The notes beneath the pieces are model-generated. The model did no database searches and was not told the origin of the DNA. It worked only from the letters and a program-made list of their open reading frames with translations. Below are positions 9,459-18,852 of a DNA stretch of 45,900 nucleotides, piece after piece (position 1 is the first letter of the stretch; every line of letters starts with the position of its first letter). Origin of the DNA: an uncultured Candidatus Saccharibacteria bacterium (GTDB taxonomy: Bacteria > Patescibacteriota > Minisyncoccia > Phycocordibacterales > UBA9973); assembly GCA_964366625.1 (NCBI GenBank), contig CAYIUH010000001.1:1-45900 (forward strand), given 5' to 3'. A program made the translations under genes and the position numbers.

Positions 9459-10505
9459 TTAATACTGATATTGTCCCGATGAATCTGTGTCACCTAAAAT
9501 ATCTCTTCTAATGATGGGTAATTTTAATAGTAATTTTTTCATCCCTTCAACATCTAATATTGTGGTATTGTTAGAGTGATATTCATTTGAGTTATTAACT
9601 TCCGGTGTGCCTTCTGAAAAATATTTATTGTAGTTTAAATCCCTACCATCGGCAGGAATTCTAAAGTATTCTCCTAAATCTTCCGCCTTTAACATATCCT
9701 CTCTATTTACCAATGTTTCATATAATTTTTCTCCGTGCCTTGTTCCGATTATTTTAATTTCACTTTTAGATTTATACAGTTCTATTAAAGCCTGAGCCAA
9801 TGTGCCAACTGTAGCTGATGGTGCTTTTTGAACAAATAAATCGCCCTGTTTTGCATTTTCAAAAGCGTACCAAACTAAATCAACTGCATCTTCTAATGTC
9901 ATCATAAATCTTGTCATATTGGGATCTGTCAAGGTCAACGGTTTGTGATCCTTAATTTGATCAATAAACAATGGTATCACAGAACCGCGAGAAACCATTA
10001 CATTACCATATCGTGTCAGACAAATCGTGGTATCAGCCACATTCCGCGATGAGGCAATTGCCACCTTTTCCATCAAAGCTTTAGAGATACCCATTGCATT
10101 GATAGGATAAGCAGCTTTATCTGTACTTAAACAGATTACCTTGGCAACCTTACTTGCAATAGCAGCATCGATTACATTCTGCGTGCCGAAAACATTTGTT
10201 TTCGTGGCTTCGATCGGGAAAAACTCACAAGAAGGAACCTGTTTTAAAGCCGCTGCATGGAATACATAATCAACCCCGCGCATTGCGCGTTCAATGCTAT
10301 GGTAATCTCGGACATCTCCAATATAGAACTTCAGTTTTTCATTTTTAAGCTGAGTCCTCATATCATCCTGCTTCTTTTCATCACGGGAAAATATGCGGAT
10401 CTCCTTAAAATGATCCGTTTGCAAAAAACGCTGTAAAACAGCGTTCCCAAATGAGCCGGTGCCTCCTGTTATTAAGAGAGTTTTATTTAAAAGCATATTA
10501 TACAA
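9459..10505 (-). CDS. fnlA: UDP-GlcNAc 4,6-dehydratase/5-epimerase, FnlA/CapE/WbjB type
   Basis: Motifs: LLITGGTGSFGNAVLQRFL, FHAAALKQVPSCEFFP, LSTDKAAYPINAMGISKALMEK, YGNVMVSRGSVIPLF. It lies next to fnlB. Confidence 0.85.
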   Translation of the reverse strand: MYNMLLNKTLLITGGTGSFGNAVLQRFLQTDHFKEIRIFSRDEKKQDDMRTQLKNEKLKFYIGDVRDYHSIERAMRGVDYVFHAAALKQVPSCEFFPIEATKTNVFGTQNVIDAAIASKVAKVICLSTDKAAYPINAMGISKALMEKVAIASSRNVADTTICLTRYGNVMVSRGSVIPLFIDQIKDHKPLTLTDPNMTRFMMTLEDAVDLVWYAFENAKQGDLFVQKAPSATVGTLAQALIELYKSKSEIKIIGTRHGEKLYETLVNREDMLKAEDLGEYFRIPADGRDLNYNKYFSEGTPEVNNSNEYHSNNTTILDVEGMKKLLLKLPIIRRDILGDTDSSGQYQY

Positions 10506-11465
10506 TTATACAATATTAATAATATCAGGGAAGAATAATTGTCTTATATCACGGGAGAGCTTCTTGATGCGAAATACAATGTTATTATTATAAATATCGT
10601 TCTTGGGGATAATCACCTTTACCTGATATTTCAATAATGAATGAATATAAGGCACGTAAATTTCCTCAAGAATGATTTGATTGGTAGGCACCAATACTCT
10701 ACTCAGGTCACTACAGAACTTATTTTCTGATATTTGCTTTAAATTTGCAAAATGATAAAATATGAGCCTTTCATTATCAACAAAAACATTCTGCTCTGAG
10801 ATTTTCAATTTATAATTACCAATATTCCAAATAGCCAAATTAGCTCCTTTATTATGTAATATTTTCACTCCATGATATTCATTTGGCCAGGCATCTAAAT
10901 ATTTTTGATCAGCATATTTTCCATCTTCTAATTGCTGGTAGCACCATTTAATACAATTCTGCATCCAATCATTTAAACATCGAAGTCCGTTTTCATTTTT
11001 TCTGAAACTTATCCACCCTACATTAAAATTTCCATATATCTTATTTCTTCGTGAAAACCAGTGAAATCGATGCTCAATAATTCCTATAGATTCATTTCCC
11101 AGTTCATCAAATAACGGTAATGGAGAGCTATAGAAATAAAGGTCGGCATCCAAATAGGTTAACAAATCAACTTCTTCAAAATATTGAAAAACATAATAAC
11201 AAGTTGCGGGACTACAAGTGTAAAAATATTCCACTCTACTCCTGTTAAATTTTGCACCAATCAAATTTGGAATTGCGTTCTCTAATTGCTCGTGAGGAAT
11301 TAAAACTGCATTATTTAACTCTTGTTTACCAAGATGCTCACATGAATCAGCATCCATGCAGAACATGAAAAGTTTAAATTCCCCGGCATGTTTAACTAAT
11401 GAATGGTATAGTGATAATGCATGCCCTGTATAATTTATGCCAAAATGAGTACAATAATACTTCAT
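10506..11465 (-). CDS. Putative nucleotide-diphospho-sugar transferase (GT8-like GT-A fold)
   Basis: 319 aa. N-terminus YCTHFGINYTGHALSLYHSL, DxD-type motif YLDADLYFYSSP, and NVGWISFR. It is a paralogue of 17777-18751. Confidence 0.5.
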   Translation of the reverse strand: MKYYCTHFGINYTGHALSLYHSLVKHAGEFKLFMFCMDADSCEHLGKQELNNAVLIPHEQLENAIPNLIGAKFNRSRVEYFYTCSPATCYYVFQYFEEVDLLTYLDADLYFYSSPLPLFDELGNESIGIIEHRFHWFSRRNKIYGNFNVGWISFRKNENGLRCLNDWMQNCIKWCYQQLEDGKYADQKYLDAWPNEYHGVKILHNKGANLAIWNIGNYKLKISEQNVFVDNERLIFYHFANLKQISENKFCSDLSRVLVPTNQIILEEIYVPYIHSLLKYQVKVIIPKNDIYNNNIVFRIKKLSRDIRQLFFPDIINIV

Positions 11466-11518
11466 AATTGTCTTAAGACTAAGAGCTAAAGTTCCAGAAC
11501 ATAAAATGTTATTGCCTT

Positions 11519-12601
11519 TTAAAAAGAATTTATAGTTTCTATTACCTGTAAAATATCATCCGAAGTATGAAAATAGGAAATCGGTAAGCTCAGGGTAGTT
11601 GCATGTATTTCTTCAGAAATCGGGTACTCACCTTTAATAATATCTTTCATCGCTTTTTGTCTATGCGGCGCAATAGGATAGTGTATTTCAGTTTTAATCT
11701 CATGCTTTAACAAGTATTCCCGAAGTTGGTCACGTTTAGGATGTCTAATATTAAAAATATGATACACGTCATAATATTCGGGATCGAAAATAGGTTTTAT
11801 AAAGTCATCCTTAAGATTCTCCAGATAAAGATTAGCCAGATAACGTTTATGATCGGTAATTTTATCCAATGAAGCTAACTTAATAGTTAAAAACCCTGCC
11901 TGGACTTCATCTAACCTGGAGTTATACCCTATATATTCATTATTGTATTTTATTATTGATCCATAATTACGAAGTGTTCTTAATTTTAATGCCAGTTGAT
12001 CATTATTCGTAGTAGCTGCTCCCGCATCGCCCAAGGCACCCAGGTTTTTGGTAGGATAAAAACTATGTGCCCCAAAATCTCCAAAAGTACCTGAGATCTG
12101 CTCTTTAAACTTTGCACCATGTGATTGCGCACAATCTTCAATTACACGTAAATTAAACCTATTGGCAACGGAAAGAATAGTATCCATCTCACAGCATTTT
12201 CCGTAAAGATGTACCACCATTATGGCACGGGTATTTGACGTGATTTTTTCCTCAATCTTAGAAGGATCGATATTATACGTATTAATATCAGACTCTACCA
12301 ATACTGGCTTTAGGCCATTTTGTACAATTGAAAGAATTGTAGCAATGTAAGTATTTGAGGGTACGATGACTTCCGATCCCGCAGGAAAATCGAAACAACG
12401 AAGTGCTAAACTAAGAGCATCAAGCCCATTGGCTAAACCGATGCAATGTTTTGACTTCGTAAACTGAGCATATTCCTGTTCAAATTTTTCAACATTTTTT
12501 CCCAGAATATACCAACCTGTTAAAAGTGTTTCATCGAATTTTTTCTTAAAGGATTCAAAAAAAGACTGATTAAGTCTTCCTAAGTTCTCGTATTCAATCA
12601 T
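11519..12601 (-). CDS. DegT/DnrJ/EryC1-family PLP-dependent sugar aminotransferase (FdtB/WecE-like)
   Basis: 360 aa. Motifs: [39 protein letters not shown] (PLP-Lys region), NYGS..KY. Confidence 0.85.
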   Translation of the reverse strand: MIEYENLGRLNQSFFESFKKKFDETLLTGWYILGKNVEKFEQEYAQFTKSKHCIGLANGLDALSLALRCFDFPAGSEVIVPSNTYIATILSIVQNGLKPVLVESDINTYNIDPSKIEEKITSNTRAIMVVHLYGKCCEMDTILSVANRFNLRVIEDCAQSHGAKFKEQISGTFGDFGAHSFYPTKNLGALGDAGAATTNNDQLALKLRTLRNYGSIIKYNNEYIGYNSRLDEVQAGFLTIKLASLDKITDHKRYLANLYLENLKDDFIKPIFDPEYYDVYHIFNIRHPKRDQLREYLLKHEIKTEIHYPIAPHRQKAMKDIIKGEYPISEEIHATTLSLPISYFHTSDDILQVIETINSF

Positions 12602-12609
12602 AGTTGTTA

Positions 12610-13308
12610 TTATTCTATTGCTTGTAATAAAAAAAATCTATTTTCTGCTTTATACTCTTTGACCAATCTGTAATGCTTCCCCCAAAGCCTTTTAAATGCG
12701 CTTTTTGAACGTGCATAACCACAAAACACTCTGGATTTTCCTTTTAAAATACTCACCAGTAAGATCTTTAATTCAACAAAAAAGATTTTATAATTTAATA
12801 ATTCTGCCGGGATGAACCAGATATATTTTATACCCGCGTTCTTACATTTTAAAAATAAGGTTTCAAGTTGTTGATCGTCAAATTCTGTATCTATCCTGGG
12901 AAAGATCATCAGAAAACTTTCGTTGACAGGGAAAACATCCCTAAAAGCATCAAGCTTCAAACAATCATCAAAAATATTATAACTTTTCAGCCTCAATACA
13001 CTTGAGTTGTAATCAGAAACTATTACTGATAACTTCGAAAATTTTTTGATCTGGTATTCCAGTGAGGCTATTCCACATCCTATTGAAAAGGCTTTGTGGA
13101 TTTTTAACTTCTCGGTTTCATTTATAATGATTTCGGTGGCTTTAGATGGGCTTAGGGTATCAACTTTTTTTAGGAATTCTTCACGTGAATACGGCAGAAA
13201 ATAAGGTGCTTCAGATTCATCGTTTCTCAATGCCTCCCAGTTCAGGACCTTAGAAGAATTATTAAAAAGACTATAATGTTTTATTCTCATAATCGATGTT
13301 AATTTCAC
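12610..13308 (-). CDS. Hypothetical protein, class I SAM-methyltransferase-like
   Basis: 232 aa. It has a possible motif I ([12 protein letters not shown]), an acidic end of beta-2 (VIVSDYN) and [11 protein letters not shown]. The assignment is weak and made by eye. Confidence 0.35.
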   Translation of the reverse strand: MKLTSIMRIKHYSLFNNSSKVLNWEALRNDESEAPYFLPYSREEFLKKVDTLSPSKATEIIINETEKLKIHKAFSIGCGIASLEYQIKKFSKLSVIVSDYNSSVLRLKSYNIFDDCLKLDAFRDVFPVNESFLMIFPRIDTEFDDQQLETLFLKCKNAGIKYIWFIPAELLNYKIFFVELKILLVSILKGKSRVFCGYARSKSAFKRLWGKHYRLVKEYKAENRFFLLQAIE

Positions 13309-13325
13309 TCCTATTTGTTTTAAAC

Positions 13326-13697
13326 CTAATCATAGGTTTCAAAAATGTAGTCGTTAGGGTTATAATATTCTGAAGCAAATACCATCAATATGCAATCTTT
13401 TGTAAATAGATCCATCCAATGATGATCCTCTGGTTGAATAACCAAGCATTTAGATGGTTTATCTAGGGTAAAATACTGTACTGGTTCATTTTTACCACTT
13501 TGAACAAGTATCCTGCAACTCCCTTTAAGACAGATTGCCGCCTGTATAGTCTGTTTGTGACGGTGATTACCACGCGATGAGTCATCCACACCATATATAT
13601 AAAAAACTCTTTTGATTTCAAATGGCAGTACTTTCTCAACTACAGTCAAATTCCCTCTTTCGTCGGTAAAGGTTTTCAAATCTAATATATTTGGCAT
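13326..13697 (-). CDS. FdtA/WxcM-like cupin, NDP-4-keto-6-deoxyhexose 3,4-ketoisomerase type
   Basis: 123 aa: DLKTFTDERGNLTVVEKVLPFEIKRVFYIYGVDDSSRGNHRHK. This is the typical FdtA/WxcM C-domain motif string. Confidence 0.75.
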   Translation of the reverse strand: MPNILDLKTFTDERGNLTVVEKVLPFEIKRVFYIYGVDDSSRGNHRHKQTIQAAICLKGSCRILVQSGKNEPVQYFTLDKPSKCLVIQPEDHHWMDLFTKDCILMVFASEYYNPNDYIFETYD

Positions 13698-13730
13698 AGG
13701 TTATGATTAAATTTATGTGTTTATCTTATG

Positions 13731-14900
13731 TTAATAGACTGAATATGCTTTCTTGATTGCCTCGGATATGATATTGAATTGATTTTGTGGATTAAAATTT
13801 TCCTCTATCATATTAATGCAAGCCGCCGCCATTAATTGCTTCTGATTCCCCCCCACAAAATTCTCTATAGCCGCTGATAAACTTTCAACTTTGTTTTCTT
13901 CAAAGTAAAACCCGGTTTTATTCTCTATAACTGATTCTACTTCCGGCATTTGATTACTAAAGTTGTTATGGGTGATTACTGGGGTACCTAATGACAGGCA
14001 ATGAATAGCTGTTAATCCTACATTTCCCGGGGAAACGCAGCAATCGGACAGCATAATAAATTTAGAACTTTCTGCATCATTATAACAGGAGCCATGAAAG
14101 TAAAAACAATCTTCAAGTTTAAATTCGTGGATTTCAGAAAGAAGTTTTTCTTTTTCTTGGCCATCACCAATTAATATACAATTAAACTCGTTTCCTTTAT
14201 CCCTTTGAAGGCGAATAGCGTTAATCAACAAAGAGATCTTTTTTCTTTTTGTGAGTCTGCCTATGAAAAGCATAGTCGGATAATGCTCCCTATCGGGGAA
14301 GAATTTTTTCTTTAGTTGAAGCAAGGTATGCTGATCCTTATTCGCATAAAGCATTTTATGAGTACGATAATCTAAAGAATTATATACAGTGAATAATCTA
14401 ACTGCATTAAACCCCATATTAATTAGAAGCTTTCTTGCCCTATTTCCATATAGAAAATGATAATCAGCAATTCGATAGAATAAAAGTCGAATGTTTTTCT
14501 TAAAAAACCATTCGTTTCCATAATAGCCGTGACCCCAAAAAAAAACTGGATTCCCCCTGATCTTACATATAGCTGCTGCCAACCATGTTGAAATAGTGTA
14601 CATATCACCGGCAAAAACATATACATCAAATTCGTTTTTAAGAACCAATTTTACCAAGCCAAATTGGTAAACCAGAATTTTTGCTAAGTATATATTTTTT
14701 ACAAAATACCAAACCGGGGCTTCTCTGTCATTGGTTTTTAAGAATTCAGTTGGGTCAATCGTCTTTATACCTTCATGCCCTTTGGAAGATGTAATAAAAG
14801 TATATCTAATATCTCGCGCCTCTAATAACTTATCCCATAATGGCCTAATATATAAAGGAGCTATATTATTGAAGATACCGACCCGAGTCACGTTTTCCAT
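13731..14900 (-). CDS. GT-B glycosyltransferase (GT4/GT1-like)
   Basis: 389 aa. Motifs: LFIGRLTKRKKISLLINAI, ILIGDGQEKEKL. There is a C-terminal E-x7-E-like region. Confidence 0.7.
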   Translation of the reverse strand: MENVTRVGIFNNIAPLYIRPLWDKLLEARDIRYTFITSSKGHEGIKTIDPTEFLKTNDREAPVWYFVKNIYLAKILVYQFGLVKLVLKNEFDVYVFAGDMYTISTWLAAAICKIRGNPVFFWGHGYYGNEWFFKKNIRLLFYRIADYHFLYGNRARKLLINMGFNAVRLFTVYNSLDYRTHKMLYANKDQHTLLQLKKKFFPDREHYPTMLFIGRLTKRKKISLLINAIRLQRDKGNEFNCILIGDGQEKEKLLSEIHEFKLEDCFYFHGSCYNDAESSKFIMLSDCCVSPGNVGLTAIHCLSLGTPVITHNNFSNQMPEVESVIENKTGFYFEENKVESLSAAIENFVGGNQKQLMAAACINMIEENFNPQNQFNIISEAIKKAYSVY

Positions 14901-14941
14901 TCACCCAATTAATATGACTAATACAGTGCTGAAGGCTAATG

Positions 14942-15832
14942 TTAGTTCTCCTTTAAAGATATTTTTATTTCATTTAATCCATGGTAATTCTTGGATCTGG
15001 CAACAATTAGCCCATCTATTGAAAATGTTTTATCAACATCAATATCTACCAGAATTAAATAATTCTTACTACTTAAAAAATTCAGGCAGTCATAATGTAC
15101 ATCATTCGCATGAGTGGAAATGAACAAATATCCAATTTTGTCCTTATCTATAAAACTCTCAGCTCCCTTTAACATTTCAAATTCATAGCCTTGGATGTCT
15201 GAATGTAATATATCTATGAAATCAATATTATTTGTATTGACAAAGTCATCAATATAAATCGTTTCCGGGGAAGTAGTCTTATCACTTTTTGAAGAAACAA
15301 ATGCATTCGTAAAGTTGCCATTCATTTTATTCAATTTAAAATTTCTTATACCAAAACCCATATTGAATTTATCTGGCTCAACCATGTAATTTTTTGCGTT
15401 TTCTACCTCCGAATTAAACCACATGGAATAAAATGACCAAAAAGCACCAAGTTCAACCATTGTGGCATCTTTTCGTATGCCTGCTTTTAGGACTTCCTGG
15501 AAAACATATTCTTCTTGAGGCTCATGAACCCCTTTATTGATTATTAACTGAGTAGCTACTTCTGGTCCATAATAACTTCCTAAGTGGATTTTCAATCCAT
15601 TATGCATTATCTGTTTGCCTTTTACAACTTTTCCAGCATCTGCTACTCTGGTAATATGTTCATTGTCTGGACAATTTTTAACATCTTCTATCCGCTTTTT
15701 CCATATTTCGCTTATTGGATTATCGAGTATGAATTTATCAAAAAGGCCAGAAGAAGCGAGATTATAGGCAACAAAACTTCTTATAGAATGGTTGTTCCTA
15801 ATCAATTGTCTGAAAAACTGTATAATATTCAT
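14942..15832 (-). CDS. FkbM-family SAM-dependent methyltransferase
   Basis: 296 aa. MVELGAFWSFYSMWF (motif I-like) and IDFIDILHSDIQGYEFEMLKGA, the FkbM hallmark. Confidence 0.6.
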   Translation of the reverse strand: MNIIQFFRQLIRNNHSIRSFVAYNLASSGLFDKFILDNPISEIWKKRIEDVKNCPDNEHITRVADAGKVVKGKQIMHNGLKIHLGSYYGPEVATQLIINKGVHEPQEEYVFQEVLKAGIRKDATMVELGAFWSFYSMWFNSEVENAKNYMVEPDKFNMGFGIRNFKLNKMNGNFTNAFVSSKSDKTTSPETIYIDDFVNTNNIDFIDILHSDIQGYEFEMLKGAESFIDKDKIGYLFISTHANDVHYDCLNFLSSKNYLILVDIDVDKTFSIDGLIVARSKNYHGLNEIKISLKEN

Positions 15833-15856
15833 TTTATTTTGTTCAGGTATATTTGA

Positions 15857-16846
15857 TCAGAAATACGCATTTACCTGCGTAAGGTCATCTGCTACAACTA
15901 ATTGACTATCCGGAGTAAATATTGGATGGTTGGTTTCAATCAGGGAATCCAGTTTGTACTCTTTTTTCCGCACTAATTTTACTGCGTAAAGTACCCGCCA
16001 TATTCCACGCAAAAGCAAACTTGCAATTTGCCATTTTTTTATATATCTAAATTTGAGTTCTATTCCCCGAAGATAATCCCTACGACAGGCGGAATATATT
16101 AAGCGATAATTATCTAGTATATAATCTGCATCAGAAACAGTTAGCAGGCTATATCTTCCCGCCACCAAAAGATTCTGCCGAGCTTCTGAGCCATAAAACA
16201 CGAATTCTTCTTTCCCATGAATGTGATTATAATCATGAAATTGATGTAATGCTATAACTGATAATGTTCCGTCAATAATTGGATAGCGATTTTGTTTGCA
16301 AAAAGACAATAATGCATTGTCATATCCCCCCCGGCCGATTGCAATCTGACTCAATCCTTGCCACATATTCCTGGTGAACATAAAGTAGTCGATCCCGGTA
16401 GCTTCATGAATTTTTATTTGATTTTTTTCAAAAAGTTTTTTAACCAGATGGCTATATTCATCAGGATGTGGGTCTACTATCACACCTGGAAAAAGGTCAA
16501 TTCTTTGCCCGATAAAAAGGAACTTATCAAACTGTATAACCTGAGATGCCTTATATATCCCTGATAAAAGAATATCGCAATTTAAATAAACCTGGACATC
16601 GTATTTTCCATGCTTTCCCGCGTGCTCAGCAATTGCTCCAAAATATGGCGCCCCACTAGGTGAAGAGGTGATGTTTTTTACTATGCTAACATTCAGTTCA
16701 CGACCAGCTTCTTCAATACCTTCTGAGTCACCATATAAAATAACTTCGGCACCCTTAACTGCTAGTAACCAGCTCCTGATTGCACGGTACTGGTTTTCCT
16801 TGTCGTTTCCTATGAAAGGTTTCGGGCTTGATAAAAAAGTAAGCAT
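15857..16846 (-). CDS. Hypothetical GT-A-like glycosyltransferase
   Basis: 329 aa. MLTFLSSPKPFIG..NQYRAIRSWLL...VILYGDSEGIEEAGRELNV... YLNCDILL. It resembles an uncharacterised nucleotide-sugar-transferase family, recalled from memory. Confidence 0.4.
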   Translation of the reverse strand: MLTFLSSPKPFIGNDKENQYRAIRSWLLAVKGAEVILYGDSEGIEEAGRELNVSIVKNITSSPSGAPYFGAIAEHAGKHGKYDVQVYLNCDILLSGIYKASQVIQFDKFLFIGQRIDLFPGVIVDPHPDEYSHLVKKLFEKNQIKIHEATGIDYFMFTRNMWQGLSQIAIGRGGYDNALLSFCKQNRYPIIDGTLSVIALHQFHDYNHIHGKEEFVFYGSEARQNLLVAGRYSLLTVSDADYILDNYRLIYSACRRDYLRGIELKFRYIKKWQIASLLLRGIWRVLYAVKLVRKKEYKLDSLIETNHPIFTPDSQLVVADDLTQVNAYF

Positions 16847-16938
16847 TACAAAAATTTTCTTTATAAATTTAAAACCTTACCGCTTTAATAACCAGCTAAA
16901 GAAATCAGGTTTAATGAATTTCACTGTATCAAAAAAAT

Positions 16939-17664
16939 TCACAGTTTTTTCCTTTTAAAAATGCCATCAACTTGTAATAACTGATCCGTATTTGGATCAG
17001 AAAAAACACTATTCATAGAAACAATCATAAACCCAAGTGATTCCAGGTATTTTATCATATCCAGAAAAAGCGGGACATCTTTATATAATGGTGCCAGCGA
17101 TAATTCTATTTCAATTGCCTCAACCTGATCAAGAATTTTATCAGCACCTCTCAGTACAAACATTTCAAATCCCTGAACATCCACTTTTAAATATATCCGG
17201 TCACTTGCCTTAATCTCTTTACCCAGGAATGAATTTAATGCTCTTACTTTTATTTTTTCTTTTGAAACAATAGCGCTGCTCTGCATAGCATTCAGATGCA
17301 CGTCTGTCATTGGAAGTAATGAACTACTGGTAATATGTCCGGAAACATTCATCTCCACTTCGCCATCTGATTCTCCCAAAGCAATGTTGAAACTATCCCA
17401 TTCAGTATCCTTATCAGATTTTTGATTTAGCAACTTAAATGATTCTCCCAGAGGTTCAAATGAAATAATACGTCCTTTATATCCGGCTTCACGAAGCTCA
17501 GCAGCATACAACCCCTCACTCGCACCAATATCCAATACAAGATTAATGTTTTGTTTATTAATGATTTTAATCCGGTTAAGCTCAGGAAAATTATCAGAGT
17601 GATACCGGCGAAAGTCATAACCTATTTTGCGAAATAATCGATGAACTGCAATTTTTAATCCCAT
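16939..17664 (-). CDS. FkbM-family SAM-dependent methyltransferase
   Basis: 241 aa. Motifs: VLDIGASEGLYAAEL and IYLKVDVQGFEMFVLRGA. Confidence 0.7.
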   Translation of the reverse strand: MGLKIAVHRLFRKIGYDFRRYHSDNFPELNRIKIINKQNINLVLDIGASEGLYAAELREAGYKGRIISFEPLGESFKLLNQKSDKDTEWDSFNIALGESDGEVEMNVSGHITSSSLLPMTDVHLNAMQSSAIVSKEKIKVRALNSFLGKEIKASDRIYLKVDVQGFEMFVLRGADKILDQVEAIEIELSLAPLYKDVPLFLDMIKYLESLGFMIVSMNSVFSDPNTDQLLQVDGIFKRKKL

Positions 17665-17776
17665 AGGTATTTTTCTTTTTTATATAGATCTAAAGTGATA
17701 ATTATATGTAGTGCCCGACTTAAGTGAGCCACGATAATTGATGATTGATATTTTATACAATATTGTTAACAACTGG

Positions 17777-18751
17777 TTAAGTAACTATTTCCCTTTTCTT
17801 AACCCACATAAAATGTTTCAATGGTTGTCTTCTTATCAGCCTGCCTGCAATATAGCGCCAGGGAATTCCAGTTTTTGTAAATTCAATTTTAAAATTGTGG
17901 TTAAATATCATATTTCTGGCCTCGATCAGTGAATTAATATAAGGCCGGTATATAATGTTCAGAACAGATGTAGGCAAATTAACGTTAAACCCACTCATAT
18001 ATACCAGTTGTGAGGAACAAAATCGCAATGCATGGAAATGAAAACAAACCAATGGTTTGTCAGCAATAAAAAAGTTTCCGTTATTATCTGCACTTAATCC
18101 ATATTTAGCTACATTCCAGGGAGCTGCATTGATACCTATATTATTACTGACTACCACCTTATCAAATCGTTCGGGCCAATCGTTCAGGTATGCCTGATCT
18201 CCAATCTGGCCATTTTCATATTTCCAATAGCACCATTCGATACAGCGCTCACGCCACCAGTTAAGACAGCTCAACCCTGCCTGATCCGGACGAAAAGCCA
18301 TAATTCCTACATTATAAATGCCCGCCTCTTTATCCTCAAACTCAGGAGAATAATCATGAGGAACTATTAATATACTCTTCTCACCTAATTCCTCAAGTAT
18401 GGTCTTTGGAGAAGAGTAAAAGAAAGTATCAGCATCCAAGTATATGAGAACGGGTATAGAATTATCCTGCCGGAAAATATACAACGGTAAACTTGCAGTA
18501 CAAGTCCAGTAATATTCTACCCTTGTTCTTGATCCTTTTGTGGCAATTAAAGCTTCATCATTTTTTTCAAACTCCTGTTCTGAGATCAATCTTGTATTTG
18601 GAAGATTTAATGATCCCAGAATTTGGTAAGTTTCTTCATCAAAGCATAAGATCCAGAGGACAAAAGAATCTCCTGTTTTTACAAGAGATGAATAAAGTGC
18701 CAACCCCCTATGTATATAATTAATATCAAAATATGTACAGAAATTTAGCAT
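17777..18751 (-). CDS. Putative nucleotide-diphospho-sugar transferase (GT8-like), paralogue of 10506-11465
   Basis: 324 aa. Motifs: FCTYFDINYIHRGLALYSSL, YLDADTFFYSSP, NVGIMAFR, GDQAYLNDWPE. By eye it is collinear with the other copy at roughly one third identity. Confidence 0.5.
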   Translation of the reverse strand: MLNFCTYFDINYIHRGLALYSSLVKTGDSFVLWILCFDEETYQILGSLNLPNTRLISEQEFEKNDEALIATKGSRTRVEYYWTCTASLPLYIFRQDNSIPVLIYLDADTFFYSSPKTILEELGEKSILIVPHDYSPEFEDKEAGIYNVGIMAFRPDQAGLSCLNWWRERCIEWCYWKYENGQIGDQAYLNDWPERFDKVVVSNNIGINAAPWNVAKYGLSADNNGNFFIADKPLVCFHFHALRFCSSQLVYMSGFNVNLPTSVLNIIYRPYINSLIEARNMIFNHNFKIEFTKTGIPWRYIAGRLIRRQPLKHFMWVKKREIVT

Positions 18752-18852
18752 GGAAGATTGTGATTTATCTTAGTTACAGGAAAAATTGAAAAATAGTTGA
18801 TAAAATAAGAAGATCAGAAAGTAAACATTTTATAATTACTGCTCCCGAAGAT

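Noticed and set aside
17733-17753. Three tandem imperfect 7-mers (GATAATT GATGATT GATATTT) in the spacer between the GT8-like and FkbM genes.
   Set aside because: This is a short, imperfect, AT-rich, low-complexity run in an AT-rich spacer. It is indistinguishable from chance by eye.
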